NCBI GenBank assembly: GCA_050250895.1
Contig: JBFWNU010000002.1
Location: 823,659-887,658 of the forward strand
Length of the DNA: 64,000 nt
From: Vulcanimicrobiota bacterium
GTDB taxonomy: Bacteria; Vulcanimicrobiota; Xenobia; Xenobiales; JADMJV01
Reading direction: 5' to 3'
In this document: piece after piece, positions 19,465 to 28,205 of the stretch
How the letters are laid out: each line of letters opens with the position of its first letter
How positions within the stretch are numbered: position 1 is the stretch's first letter
Made by a program: the position numbers and the translations under genes
Notes under the pieces: model-generated
What the model saw: only the letters and a program-made list of their open reading frames with translations
What the model was told of the DNA's origin: nothing
Database searches by the model: none

Positions 19465-21078
19465 ATGGAAAACAACCAGCGCGTTCAGGCCCGTGACGGC
19501 TCGGGAAAACTGGTGTTGCCAGACGGTGCCATGGTGCGGGATTATCAGGTGCGCTATCTCACCTCGGGAGGGATGAGCGTGGTTTATGTCGGCACCAAAG
19601 GCGAGCGCGAGTTTATCCTCAAAGAGGTGCCTGCCTCGAGCGTCAAAGAAGTGCCGGCTCTCATTCAGGAGAAGGGTCTGCTCGAGAGGCTCAACCATCC
19701 GGGCATCGTCAAGTTCGAAGCCCTCTTCGACCACCAGGACTTCTTCTATCTGGTGCTCGAGTTTATTCAGGGCCGGCCGCTCATCTGGTATCAGCGCGAG
19801 GGCAATCGGGTCAGCGTCGACCAGGTGCTGGATTGGGGAGTCCAGTTATGCGAAATTTTCGGCTATCTGCACCAGCAGGACCCTCCCGTCATTTATCGCG
19901 ACCTCAAGCCCGAGAACGTGATCCTCTCGGATGGCCAGTTGCGCCTCATCGACTTTGGCATCGCTCGCGTCCATAAGGGCGACCGCTCCTCGGACACCGA
20001 GCTGATGGGCACCGTCACGACCGCCTCGCCCGAGCACTACGGCAGCGGCGAGACGGATGCCCGGTCCGACATCTACACCCTGGGTGCCACGCTCTATGAT
20101 CTATTGTCGGGCGGACGCCGGGCGTCGCAGATGGCTTTCAAGTTCGCCCCCATTCGCGAACTCAACCCTGATGCGCCCCCGGCTCTGGAAGAGGCCCTGG
20201 CCACTGCTCTGGCTTTTAAGCCTGAGGATCGCTTCCAGAGCATGGAAGAGTTTCGCCAGGCTCTGTTACACTGCCAGGGCAAGGCTCCCAAGCCGGCCCG
20301 GCGGGCTCCCAGCGACGGAGGCAAAGGGCCCAGTCGGGGCCTGATCGCGGTGTTGCTGGTCCTGTTGCTGCTCGTTGGAGTGGGCTACAACTATGGAGTG
20401 GGCCCGGGCGCGCCGCCGGTCGACCCGGTCGAGAAGATCACCGAGAACAACCTCGATGGGGATGTCTTCTTCAGCGGCAAAGTCAACGAGCACGACGTGG
20501 TTACCCTGGGTGAAGACATCAGCCTGTTCGCCGTCAGCGATACTAATGCCAAAGCCGGTGAAGAAAGAGCCCGCACCGTAGCCGAGCGACTCAACAAGCT
20601 GTATCAGGCGCCCTGTCTGGTGTGCAGCCTGACCTGGCTCGAGCCCGAGGACATTCGGGTAGGGCGCTTCAAGGAGAATGGCGAGGTGGTGGTCTTTCAC
20701 GCCCACATGCACGATGGAGTGGCTGCCGCCCGCCCCTTTCTCATCGCCACCGTGACCGACGCTCAGGCCAAAGAGTTTGGCCAGCGGCCCCGCTTTCTGG
20801 CCGCTTACTGGCGCGACTTGCTACGCGACGTCATCGATCTCTCGCGGGGGACCGACGCTCGCTATTCAGCCCTATCGGGCGAACTCGAGGACGAACTGCT
20901 CGAGGCGCGCCATCAGATGGGTGACGCGGCCAACGTCAAGAACCTCCACCAGGTGCTCAAGCGGCTGACGGCCTCTAAGGCACTCAAACTGTCCGATGTG
21001 TTTCTGCAGGTGCCCGACCGGGCCTTTTCCTCCGACGACTTTCCCGAAGTCGAGGGATTCGAGCCTCTCAAAAGCTGA
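19465..21078 (+). CDS. Membrane-anchored Hanks-type Ser/Thr protein kinase
   Basis: GGMSVVY, YRDLKPEN, DFG, SPE, DIYTLG; TM helix; C-terminal domain containing CLVC and HAHMH. Confidence 0.9.
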   Translation: MENNQRVQARDGSGKLVLPDGAMVRDYQVRYLTSGGMSVVYVGTKGEREFILKEVPASSVKEVPALIQEKGLLERLNHPGIVKFEALFDHQDFFYLVLEFIQGRPLIWYQREGNRVSVDQVLDWGVQLCEIFGYLHQQDPPVIYRDLKPENVILSDGQLRLIDFGIARVHKGDRSSDTELMGTVTTASPEHYGSGETDARSDIYTLGATLYDLLSGGRRASQMAFKFAPIRELNPDAPPALEEALATALAFKPEDRFQSMEEFRQALLHCQGKAPKPARRAPSDGGKGPSRGLIAVLLVLLLLVGVGYNYGVGPGAPPVDPVEKITENNLDGDVFFSGKVNEHDVVTLGEDISLFAVSDTNAKAGEERARTVAERLNKLYQAPCLVCSLTWLEPEDIRVGRFKENGEVVVFHAHMHDGVAAARPFLIATVTDAQAKEFGQRPRFLAAYWRDLLRDVIDLSRGTDARYSALSGELEDELLEARHQMGDAANVKNLHQVLKRLTASKALKLSDVFLQVPDRAFSSDDFPEVEGFEPLKS

Positions 21079-22722
21079 TCAGGACGCCAGTCGCCAGCTA
21101 CCGAGATGGTGGCTGGAACGCCGGGTCAGTTCGACGGTGGCGTCGGCAGGGTGGGCCGACACTTGCGAGGCGGTCGAAAGGGCGCCGTCAGCCGCCAACT
21201 CGAACCGCTGAAGCACTCGAGTGATGGCCATCTCGGCCTCCATCCGGGCCATCAGCTGTCCCAGACACAGGCGGCCGCCCCCGCCGAACGAGAACATCTT
21301 TTTGCTCTGGTTGGCGTGGCGGGTGCTGAGCAAGACAGTGGTGCCCTTCTTGACCGAGACTTCCTGGCCGGCCGGCCCGAGCCGGGTGTCTTCGAGAGCC
21401 TGGCGAGCGATGAAGTAGGACGGGGGATGTTCGGTGATGCTCTGGCGCCAGGCGCTGGCCACCCCTCTTAGAGCCTTGAGTTCCTTGAAGTCGGGGACGC
21501 TTTCTCCCACGGTCTGCGCGATCTCGTCGCGAACCTCGCTCTGCCGTCGGGGGTCGCGAGCCAGCTCGCAAAGGCTCCAGGAGATCATGCTGGCGGTGGT
21601 CTCGTGACCGGCTAACATCAGCGTCAGCACCTCGTGCCGCAAGCGTTGGTCCGAGAAGGGCTTGTCGGTCTGGGGGTCGCGGGCCGACAGCAAACCGTCG
21701 AGAGCGTCGCGCTGGCCAACTCCGGCCTGGCGGCGGGCAGCCAGCAACCGGTCGGCCCAGCCCTCGAGGGTGGCATAGGCTTGCCGGAGTTCTTTCCCTC
21801 CGGGCAGGCTGGCCCGGCTGACCCTACCGGGCAGCAGGGTTTCGGTGGCCACCGACCGTTTCACCGCGGCGAAGGCGTCGTTTAGCTCATCCAGGGCCGG
21901 GCCGTCGAGGTTGGCTCCGAAGAGGTGGGTCATGGCCACATCCAGGGTGAGCTTTTCTAGCCTGGCTTGCAGGTCGACTCGGACCTTTCCTCCCACGCCC
22001 AATTGCTCATCGAGGGCGTCCAGGTGGCGGTCGACCACGGCCGCGATGGAGGCCGTCTTCTCGTCGGTATGAAGAGCGTTACCCGAGAAATACGGTTCCA
22101 GGGCCTGCCGGGTGGTCTTCCAGTCCTGGCCGTTGTTGAGAAAGATGTTGTCGCGCCCGAACAGTTTGGCCAACCCGTGCGATTGCAGGCTCGATTTCTC
22201 GAAGCTGGACCCGTGGTTGTTTTCGGTGGCGATCAACACTTGCTGGGTGCTCTCGGGTCGCGCGTCAAACAACAGGGTGCCGGCCAGCGGCAGTTCTACC
22301 TGTACCACCGCGCCTTTGTCGTGGACGGCCTCGAAGACCTGGACCGGGTTGTCGAAATTCCGGGCCACGGCGGCGGCGAACTCGAACTTGCTCATGCTCT
22401 CGGGAGTCAGTCCCTGGCTGGCCAGATAGGGGCAAGCCCCGCCCCGGAACTCGGCTTGCTGGGCGTTGAGGGCCACCGCCGCCGGTCCGACCGGGGCCAG
22501 GCTGACCATCGAAGCCCCGGCTTGAACGGCTCGGGTCAGGCCGGGCTTGTCGGTCTGGGGGCCCAGCGGGCAGCGCACCTCCTGGGTGGCGTCCGCCAGT
22601 TCCAGGGCTAAAGAGGTGATCGAAGGAAGCGTTTCATCGATCGCGGCAGCCGCCGGCAAAGGTGCCGCAGCCGCTTTTCGCGGAGCAAAATGTCCGGCCG
22701 TGAGCCGGGGACCGATGAGCAT
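21079..22722 (-). CDS. Cytochrome P450, atypical
   Basis: I-helix LMLAGHETTA; heme motif FSFGGGGRLCLG; ExxR and PERF not found. Confidence 0.85.
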   Translation of the reverse strand: MLIGPRLTAGHFAPRKAAAAPLPAAAAIDETLPSITSLALELADATQEVRCPLGPQTDKPGLTRAVQAGASMVSLAPVGPAAVALNAQQAEFRGGACPYLASQGLTPESMSKFEFAAAVARNFDNPVQVFEAVHDKGAVVQVELPLAGTLLFDARPESTQQVLIATENNHGSSFEKSSLQSHGLAKLFGRDNIFLNNGQDWKTTRQALEPYFSGNALHTDEKTASIAAVVDRHLDALDEQLGVGGKVRVDLQARLEKLTLDVAMTHLFGANLDGPALDELNDAFAAVKRSVATETLLPGRVSRASLPGGKELRQAYATLEGWADRLLAARRQAGVGQRDALDGLLSARDPQTDKPFSDQRLRHEVLTLMLAGHETTASMISWSLCELARDPRRQSEVRDEIAQTVGESVPDFKELKALRGVASAWRQSITEHPPSYFIARQALEDTRLGPAGQEVSVKKGTTVLLSTRHANQSKKMFSFGGGGRLCLGQLMARMEAEMAITRVLQRFELAADGALSTASQVSAHPADATVELTRRSSHHLGSWRLAS

Positions 22723-22776
22723 GATTTGAGACTATCAGCTTCGGCTTAAAAAAAACTGTTCGAAACTCGCCTCTGG

Positions 22777-22811
22777 AAAAAAGAGAAAACCCCGGGCTGG
22801 CGGGCCCGGGG
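22777..22811 (-). terminator. Rho-independent terminator
   Basis: CCCCGGGC / GCCCGGGG stem with a 6-nt loop, followed on the minus strand by TTTTCTCTTTTTT. Confidence 0.7.
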
Positions 22812-22878
22812 CGAACTTTAGGAGTAGTGTGCAAGGGTCTTATCCCACGGACCAGCCGGCAGTCTAGAGGGTCAGTTG

Positions 22879-23121
22879 TTATGGTTTCTGAACAATTTCG
22901 AAGTCGGTCTCCCAGAAGCCGACCCGGTGGTTCTGGAGGTTCTCGACCTCGAGCCGAATCTGATAGCTCCCGGGCTGGACATCGGGCGGGATGGCAAAGG
23001 GGACCAGGGTTGCCTTGAAGTCGTGATAGTCGCCCCGCTGGTGCCGGACGGTCAGGGCCTGGCCGCAGTCCGGGCAGCGGGCGGCTTTTTCAATCAGGCT
23101 CTGGCAGTGGGGGCAGCGCAC
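22879..23121 (-). CDS. Small zinc-ribbon protein
   Basis: CPHC...CPDC; directly adjacent to the FmdB gene. Confidence 0.55.
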   Translation of the reverse strand: MRCPHCQSLIEKAARCPDCGQALTVRHQRGDYHDFKATLVPFAIPPDVQPGSYQIRLEVENLQNHRVGFWETDFEIVQKP

Positions 23122-23469
23122 TTAGTCAGAACTGCTGCTGGTGCTACTGCTGGTGGATTCGGTCTTGGAGGATGTGGTCGACGCCGAGTCGCTCGAACCC
23201 GACGAAGAGTCGGAAGAACTCGAGTCTGCACCGGTCGACGAGGGGGTGGACTTGGAACCGCCATTGCCGCTGTAGTCGTTGACATGAAATCCGGTTCCTT
23301 TGAAAATGATGCCGGCCCTGGAGATCTTGCGTTTGAGTTCGCCCTGATTGGCCTCTTCATGTTCGAGCGACAGACAGCGACCTTCGCAAGTGGTGGGCTC
23401 TTTGCCGCTGCGGACCAGCACCTCGAGATCTTTGCCGCAGGCCTGGCAACGGTATTCGTATATTGGCAT
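23122..23469 (-). CDS. FmdB-family zinc-ribbon protein with a Ser-rich tail
   Basis: MPIYEYRCQACG, GIIFKGTGFHVNDY; GGAGG RBS. Confidence 0.9.
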   Translation of the reverse strand: MPIYEYRCQACGKDLEVLVRSGKEPTTCEGRCLSLEHEEANQGELKRKISRAGIIFKGTGFHVNDYSGNGGSKSTPSSTGADSSSSDSSSGSSDSASTTSSKTESTSSSTSSSSD

Positions 23470-23604
23470 GCTAACCTCCACCGGCCATAATAGCGGCCAG
23501 ACTGCCGGGTTTAAAGTTATGATGCATTAGAATTGCGTTAGAGTTGGCACCAGGGGGACAGTGTTGTCTTCACGAATCACCGGGTGGATTGGAGGGAGAA
23601 TATA

Positions 23605-23997
23605 GTGAAAAAGTTAGCTTTAGTAGGACTCGCTTTGATGTTGGTTTTGTTGGGCTGCGGACCGTCAGGTCCCCCACCCGGGGCCCGCAAACTGGCCATT
23701 GTGGTAGACGGCAAGCCCGGGACCCTGGAAGGCACCATCAAGGCCAACAACCCGGGTTCGGCCGGCTTGAGTTCAAAGAACTTCAAAATCGAGGTTCCCG
23801 GCAAGCTCGAGCTCGACGCCGGACCCTCGGAATACACCATCATCTTCTATAGCATGAACAGCTACTGGCTCAAGAGCTACAAGATCACCCTCGATGGCAA
23901 AGAGTTGCTGCGCGGGCGTGACATGGTGGTCGAAGACGACAAGGGACCACGCATCACCCTTAACGTCGAGGCGGCCACCCCGACCCCCAGCGAATGA
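23605..23997 (+). CDS. Hypothetical lipoprotein
   Basis: MKKLALVGLALMLVLLGC lipobox; GGAGGGAG RBS. Confidence 0.75.
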   Translation: MKKLALVGLALMLVLLGCGPSGPPPGARKLAIVVDGKPGTLEGTIKANNPGSAGLSSKNFKIEVPGKLELDAGPSEYTIIFYSMNSYWLKSYKITLDGKELLRGRDMVVEDDKGPRITLNVEAATPTPSE

Positions 23998-24848
23998 GTC
24001 GCCGGGTCCTAATTACCGGCTGTTCGAGCGGCATCGGTCAGGCCACAGCCCTACGCTTGGCCGGTGCCGGCTATACCGTCTATGCCAGCGCTCGCAAGCT
24101 GCAGGACCTGGAGGTTTGCCGGCAGGCGGGTTGCCGCTGTCTGACCCTCGACGTAACCAGTGAAGAGTCGATGGTCACGGCCGTCGAGGCAGTCGAGGGA
24201 GGGGTCGAGGTTTTAGTCAACAATGCCGGCTATTCCCTTTCGGGGGCCCTCGAACAACTCGACATGGCGGCCCTTCGCCGCCAGTTCGAGACCAATGTCT
24301 TCGGTCTGGTGCGGCTGACCCAACTGGTTCTGCCCGGCATGCGGGACCAGGGCTGGGGTCGGGTGATCAATCTCTCGTCCATGGGTGGCGAGCTGACCTT
24401 TCCCGGCGGAGGGGCCTATCATGCCACCAAGCACGCGGTCGAGGCCCTTAGCGACGCCCTTCGCTTCGAAGTGGCCGGCTTCGGCATCCAGGTGGTGGTG
24501 ATTCAACCCGGCCTGATTTTCACTGAATTTTCGGACCGAGTGGCCTCGCAAATGGAGCCGGACCCACCCCCGGGCCCTTATCAGAAGTTCCAGAAGGCCG
24601 TCCGGGACATCACCCAAAGCGCCTACACCACCGGTCCGATGGCCCGCTTCGGGGGACCGCCCGAGGCGGTGGCCGCCGTCATCGAAAAGGCGATCCGCGC
24701 TAAGAAGCCCCGCACGCGCTACCCCGTAACGGCTTCGGCCCACCTGATGATGCTGACTCGCTCGATGCTCAGTGACCGCCTATGGGACTTGATGATGAAG
24801 ACGATCTATCCGTCTCCCGTGAGCGATTCTCCCCGAGACGTGGTTTAG
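23994..24848 (+). CDS. SDR-family oxidoreductase
   Basis: TGCSSGIG, NNAG, YHATK. Confidence 0.92.
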   Translation: MSRRVLITGCSSGIGQATALRLAGAGYTVYASARKLQDLEVCRQAGCRCLTLDVTSEESMVTAVEAVEGGVEVLVNNAGYSLSGALEQLDMAALRRQFETNVFGLVRLTQLVLPGMRDQGWGRVINLSSMGGELTFPGGGAYHATKHAVEALSDALRFEVAGFGIQVVVIQPGLIFTEFSDRVASQMEPDPPPGPYQKFQKAVRDITQSAYTTGPMARFGGPPEAVAAVIEKAIRAKKPRTRYPVTASAHLMMLTRSMLSDRLWDLMMKTIYPSPVSDSPRDVV

Positions 24849-25510
24849 CGACCGTCGAGGCGCGAGGGGAGGTCGGCGTAACTGGGGGCGGCCAGCGCGG
24901 CCAACCGGGCCTGGGTGGGGCTGATCGCACTGGGCACTGTCTGGCCGTCGCTTTCGAACGGCTTGCCGGCCTTGAGCGAGCGCTCATAGCGGCCTAGCAA
25001 GACTTTCGTGGCCGCATCCAGCTGGTAGAATTCCAGGCCGGCTCGGAAGGGGCGCGAAGCTTCGCTAAACCAGGCCACCCGAACTTTGCAGTCGAGGCCT
25101 TTGGCCAGTTTGAGGTTGAAGACCTGACCGGGCTGGAGGCGTTGGCTGGTCGCTACTTGCAGCCCTCCCACGCTGAAGTCGACGGTGGTGGCGGCGAGTG
25201 CCGAGCAGATCAGCGGCATGCGGTGGTTGAATCGCTCGGCGCAGCGCAGGCCGGCTCCGTTGGTGAGGGGCGGCACCAGGGTGCTGACCTCGGAGTTGTT
25301 CGAGTTGGCCACGCACAGATAGCCCCCGGCCGGAAGGGTGCGGACATGTTCGATCTTGACCCACAGGCGAACTGTGGCTCCCGAGCGTCCGGCTACGCGA
25401 ATCGACATCTCGCCGCCCCGCGCGGGCTGTTTCTTGCAGCGATAGACCAGGGTGTTGTCGATCCGCTCGATCAACTCCACCAGCGGCCCACCCATCAGCT
25501 TGTCAAACAT
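24845..25510 (-). CDS. PilZ-domain c-di-GMP-binding protein
   Basis: RCAER (RxxxR), DFSVGG (DxSxxG), AGLEF. Confidence 0.75.
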   Translation of the reverse strand: MFDKLMGGPLVELIERIDNTLVYRCKKQPARGGEMSIRVAGRSGATVRLWVKIEHVRTLPAGGYLCVANSNNSEVSTLVPPLTNGAGLRCAERFNHRMPLICSALAATTVDFSVGGLQVATSQRLQPGQVFNLKLAKGLDCKVRVAWFSEASRPFRAGLEFYQLDAATKVLLGRYERSLKAGKPFESDGQTVPSAISPTQARLAALAAPSYADLPSRLDGR

Positions 25511-25647
25511 AGGTACCTTCCAATACAAACACCAACCTAGACCAGCAGCCTTAAAAAAAGTTTGCCAGCTTGTTACCGTCACCCCGGTTCGTTCTGCCAG
25601 AGGGTACCTTGCCAGCGAACCAGAATATCCAGGGTAGGAGGAGCCAG

Positions 25648-26436
25648 ATGTTGAGTCAGCTTTGGGATAACCCGATCTTCGTGCGCACTCGCCAGGTAGA
25701 GGAGCGCACTCTCGGGTCGGGAGCGCGCGCTTACCTTCAGCGATACGGCGCCGGTTTGGCGATTTTGTTCGGGCCGCTGGGGCTCTATCTGCTCTTTAGC
25801 ACCGACCATTGGTGCAACCCCGCCCGCGTGCTCGAGAGCCTGGGTGGACTGCTCAATTTCTCGGCCGTCTTGATGGTGCTGTATATCACCAGTCGGGCTC
25901 TCAACGGTACCTTCTCGGCTATCACCCTCGAACGCGAGCAAAAGACCTACGACACTCTGGTCTCGACCAATTTGACTGGCTCCGAATTGCTGTGGGGCAA
26001 GGCGGCTTCGGGCCTGTGGCCGGTGGTGCGCGAACTTTGCCTGGTGGCGCCGCTGGCTCTAGGCCTGGGGGTGCTGGCCGGCTATCCGGTCGAGGCGGTG
26101 GCTTATCTGGCGCTGTGCCTGGCCTGTCTGGGCTTCTTCGGAGCCACCGGACTGGCCATGTCGTACGCCTCCAACTCGACTCAACACGCGACTCGCCGGG
26201 GCACGGCTCTGGCCGGGTTCTTCATGCTGGGCGGCCCGATGCTGGACTGGTTTCTTTACGGCTTGACCCGCGGCGAGACTTTTACGCCGATGGCCACCTA
26301 CCTCAGCCCCCTGGCGGCGGCCATTTCGGTGCCCAGCAGTGAACTGTGGGCCGGCAGCCTGGTGCTCTACATGGTGGGCACGGTGTTGCTCTGGAAGATG
26401 CTCGGCAAGATGGCCGAGTCGGCGAGGGTTCGCTAA
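25648..26436 (+). CDS. ABC-2-type transporter permease-like protein
   Basis: WDNPIF, AITLEREQKTYDTLVSTNL..ELLWGK; multiple TMs. Confidence 0.75.
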   Translation: MLSQLWDNPIFVRTRQVEERTLGSGARAYLQRYGAGLAILFGPLGLYLLFSTDHWCNPARVLESLGGLLNFSAVLMVLYITSRALNGTFSAITLEREQKTYDTLVSTNLTGSELLWGKAASGLWPVVRELCLVAPLALGLGVLAGYPVEAVAYLALCLACLGFFGATGLAMSYASNSTQHATRRGTALAGFFMLGGPMLDWFLYGLTRGETFTPMATYLSPLAAAISVPSSELWAGSLVLYMVGTVLLWKMLGKMAESARVR

Positions 26437-27272
26437 TGAAGCTGTTCGAGTCATTCAAGGCGTGGTTGGCCCGGTTGGCCGAGAACCCGTTCGTGGTGTC
26501 GGCCGCCCAGGTCGAGGCTCGGCGTTCTTCGCTCACCCGCTGGTTGAACGGCTATGGAGTTTATCTAGCCATTCTGGTCTTGCCGCTGAGTCTGTGTAGC
26601 AGCGCGGCCAGCCTGATGGAGGGCGACTCGCTAGAGGGGGCCGTGCGAGTGACCGCTGTGATCGTAGCTCTGGTCCAGGTGGTCTACGCCTCGATCCGAG
26701 CGGTGAGCAGCACGGCCACGACCATCGTCTCCGAGCGTCAGCGCGGCACGCTGTTGACCCTGGCGCTCTCAAAGATCAACTCGGCCGATTGCGCCGACGG
26801 GGTGGCCGCGGCTGGCGTGCGGCCGTTGTTGCGCGAGCTGACCATCCTTTGGCCCCTGAGCCTGCTGATCTGCCTGGCGGTGGGGGGCGACCTCTACTCG
26901 GCCGTCATGCTATGGGCGATCAGCTGTCTGATGGCGATCTTCTTTGCCTACAACGGTGTCTACTACTCGGCTATCTCTCGCGACGCGGCCCAGGCTAGCA
27001 ACAGCGGCCTGATGAACGTAGTGACCCTGCTCTTGCTGACCCCCTTCATCTTCTTGATGGGAGGCTTTCTCGCCGGGCCGCTGTGGCTGATCCACCCCTT
27101 TGCCGGTTTGAGCCTGGCCTTTTTCGGCCCCGGCCTACCCCAGGGCGGAGACTGGTTCAATTTGATGTTCATTCGCTGGTGGACGATCCTGGTGCTGCCC
27201 GTCTATGTGCTGATGATTCGGGACGCGCGCCGCCGAGCCACCCGGGCTCTCGAGCGCGTCACCCTCACCTAG
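26436..27272 (+). CDS. ABC-2-type transporter permease-like protein (paralog)
   Basis: ENPFV, TIVSERQRGTLLTLALS; TAATG coupling with the previous gene. Confidence 0.7.
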   Translation: MKLFESFKAWLARLAENPFVVSAAQVEARRSSLTRWLNGYGVYLAILVLPLSLCSSAASLMEGDSLEGAVRVTAVIVALVQVVYASIRAVSSTATTIVSERQRGTLLTLALSKINSADCADGVAAAGVRPLLRELTILWPLSLLICLAVGGDLYSAVMLWAISCLMAIFFAYNGVYYSAISRDAAQASNSGLMNVVTLLLLTPFIFLMGGFLAGPLWLIHPFAGLSLAFFGPGLPQGGDWFNLMFIRWWTILVLPVYVLMIRDARRRATRALERVTLT

Positions 27273-27293
27273 ACCGTCCTTGGTTATCCAGCC

Positions 27294-28169
27294 GTGAAGC
27301 GGGCCGGAATTGGGCGAATGTTGGCCGGCCGCTACCGAGTCGAGCGTTTGCTGGGTGAAGGGGCGGCCGGAACCGTCTGGCTGGTCCGCGACACTCGCGA
27401 CAAGGGGTTAGTGTGGGCGCTCAAAGAGGTCGACTTCAACCTGCTCCCTTTCGACGAGCGGGACGAGGCTCGCAAACTGTTTCAGCGCGAAGCCAGCATG
27501 TTGATGCAGCTCAACCATTCTTGCCTGCCCAAAGTCGTGGAGCGGTTTTCTGAGGGCGGGGCCGAGTATCTGGTCATGGAGCGCGTCGAGGGCCCAACCC
27601 TGGCCTCGATTCTCAAGAGCGCCGAAGGACCCTTACCCGAGCACCAGGTGGCGGAATGGGGGGTTCAGATCTGCCTGGCGCTGGAGTACCTCCACGGCCT
27701 GAATCCGCCCGTGATCTATCGAGATCTCAAGCCCGCCAACGTGATGGTTGGAGTCCGCGGCCCCCTTAAACTGGTCGACTTCGGCATCGCGCGCCCGATG
27801 AACCCCGAGAAGCCGGGCGACACCACGGCCTACGGCACGCCTGGTTACGCTCCCCCGGAGCAGTACATGGGCAAGGCGACCCCCAGGTCGGACGTCTACG
27901 CCCTGGGGGCCACCCTTTATCAACTGGTGACCCGCTACGAGCCCGAAGAGTTCAGCTTCTCGTTTGCGGCCGCCCGCGAACTCAACCCCGAGCTGTCGCG
28001 CAACTTCGAGAGCTTGCTGGCCCGGATGCTCTCCAAGGCCGAGGCCGAGCGGCCGTCGGCGGCCGAGGTCCGTGAAGAGCTGATTCCGATCGCTACTCGA
28101 CCCCGTTCCTGGCTGGCTCGGGCGGCCGGTCGAGCCGAGCACTGGCTGCGCCACCGGGGTAAGATTTAA
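27294..28169 (+). CDS. Hanks-type Ser/Thr protein kinase (cytoplasmic)
   Basis: LGEGAAGTVW, ALKE, YRDLKPAN, DFG, GTPGYAPPEQY; start may be ATG 27318. Confidence 0.92.
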   Translation: MKRAGIGRMLAGRYRVERLLGEGAAGTVWLVRDTRDKGLVWALKEVDFNLLPFDERDEARKLFQREASMLMQLNHSCLPKVVERFSEGGAEYLVMERVEGPTLASILKSAEGPLPEHQVAEWGVQICLALEYLHGLNPPVIYRDLKPANVMVGVRGPLKLVDFGIARPMNPEKPGDTTAYGTPGYAPPEQYMGKATPRSDVYALGATLYQLVTRYEPEEFSFSFAAARELNPELSRNFESLLARMLSKAEAERPSAAEVREELIPIATRPRSWLARAAGRAEHWLRHRGKI

Positions 28170-28205
28170 CAGTCCTATGATGCTCTCGGTTTACATAAGT
28201 CGAGT

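Noticed and set aside
25648-27272. ABC-2 permease pair as exporter of the modified peptide
   Set aside because: It is distant from the cluster, has no adjacent ATPase and shows no evidence of linkage.
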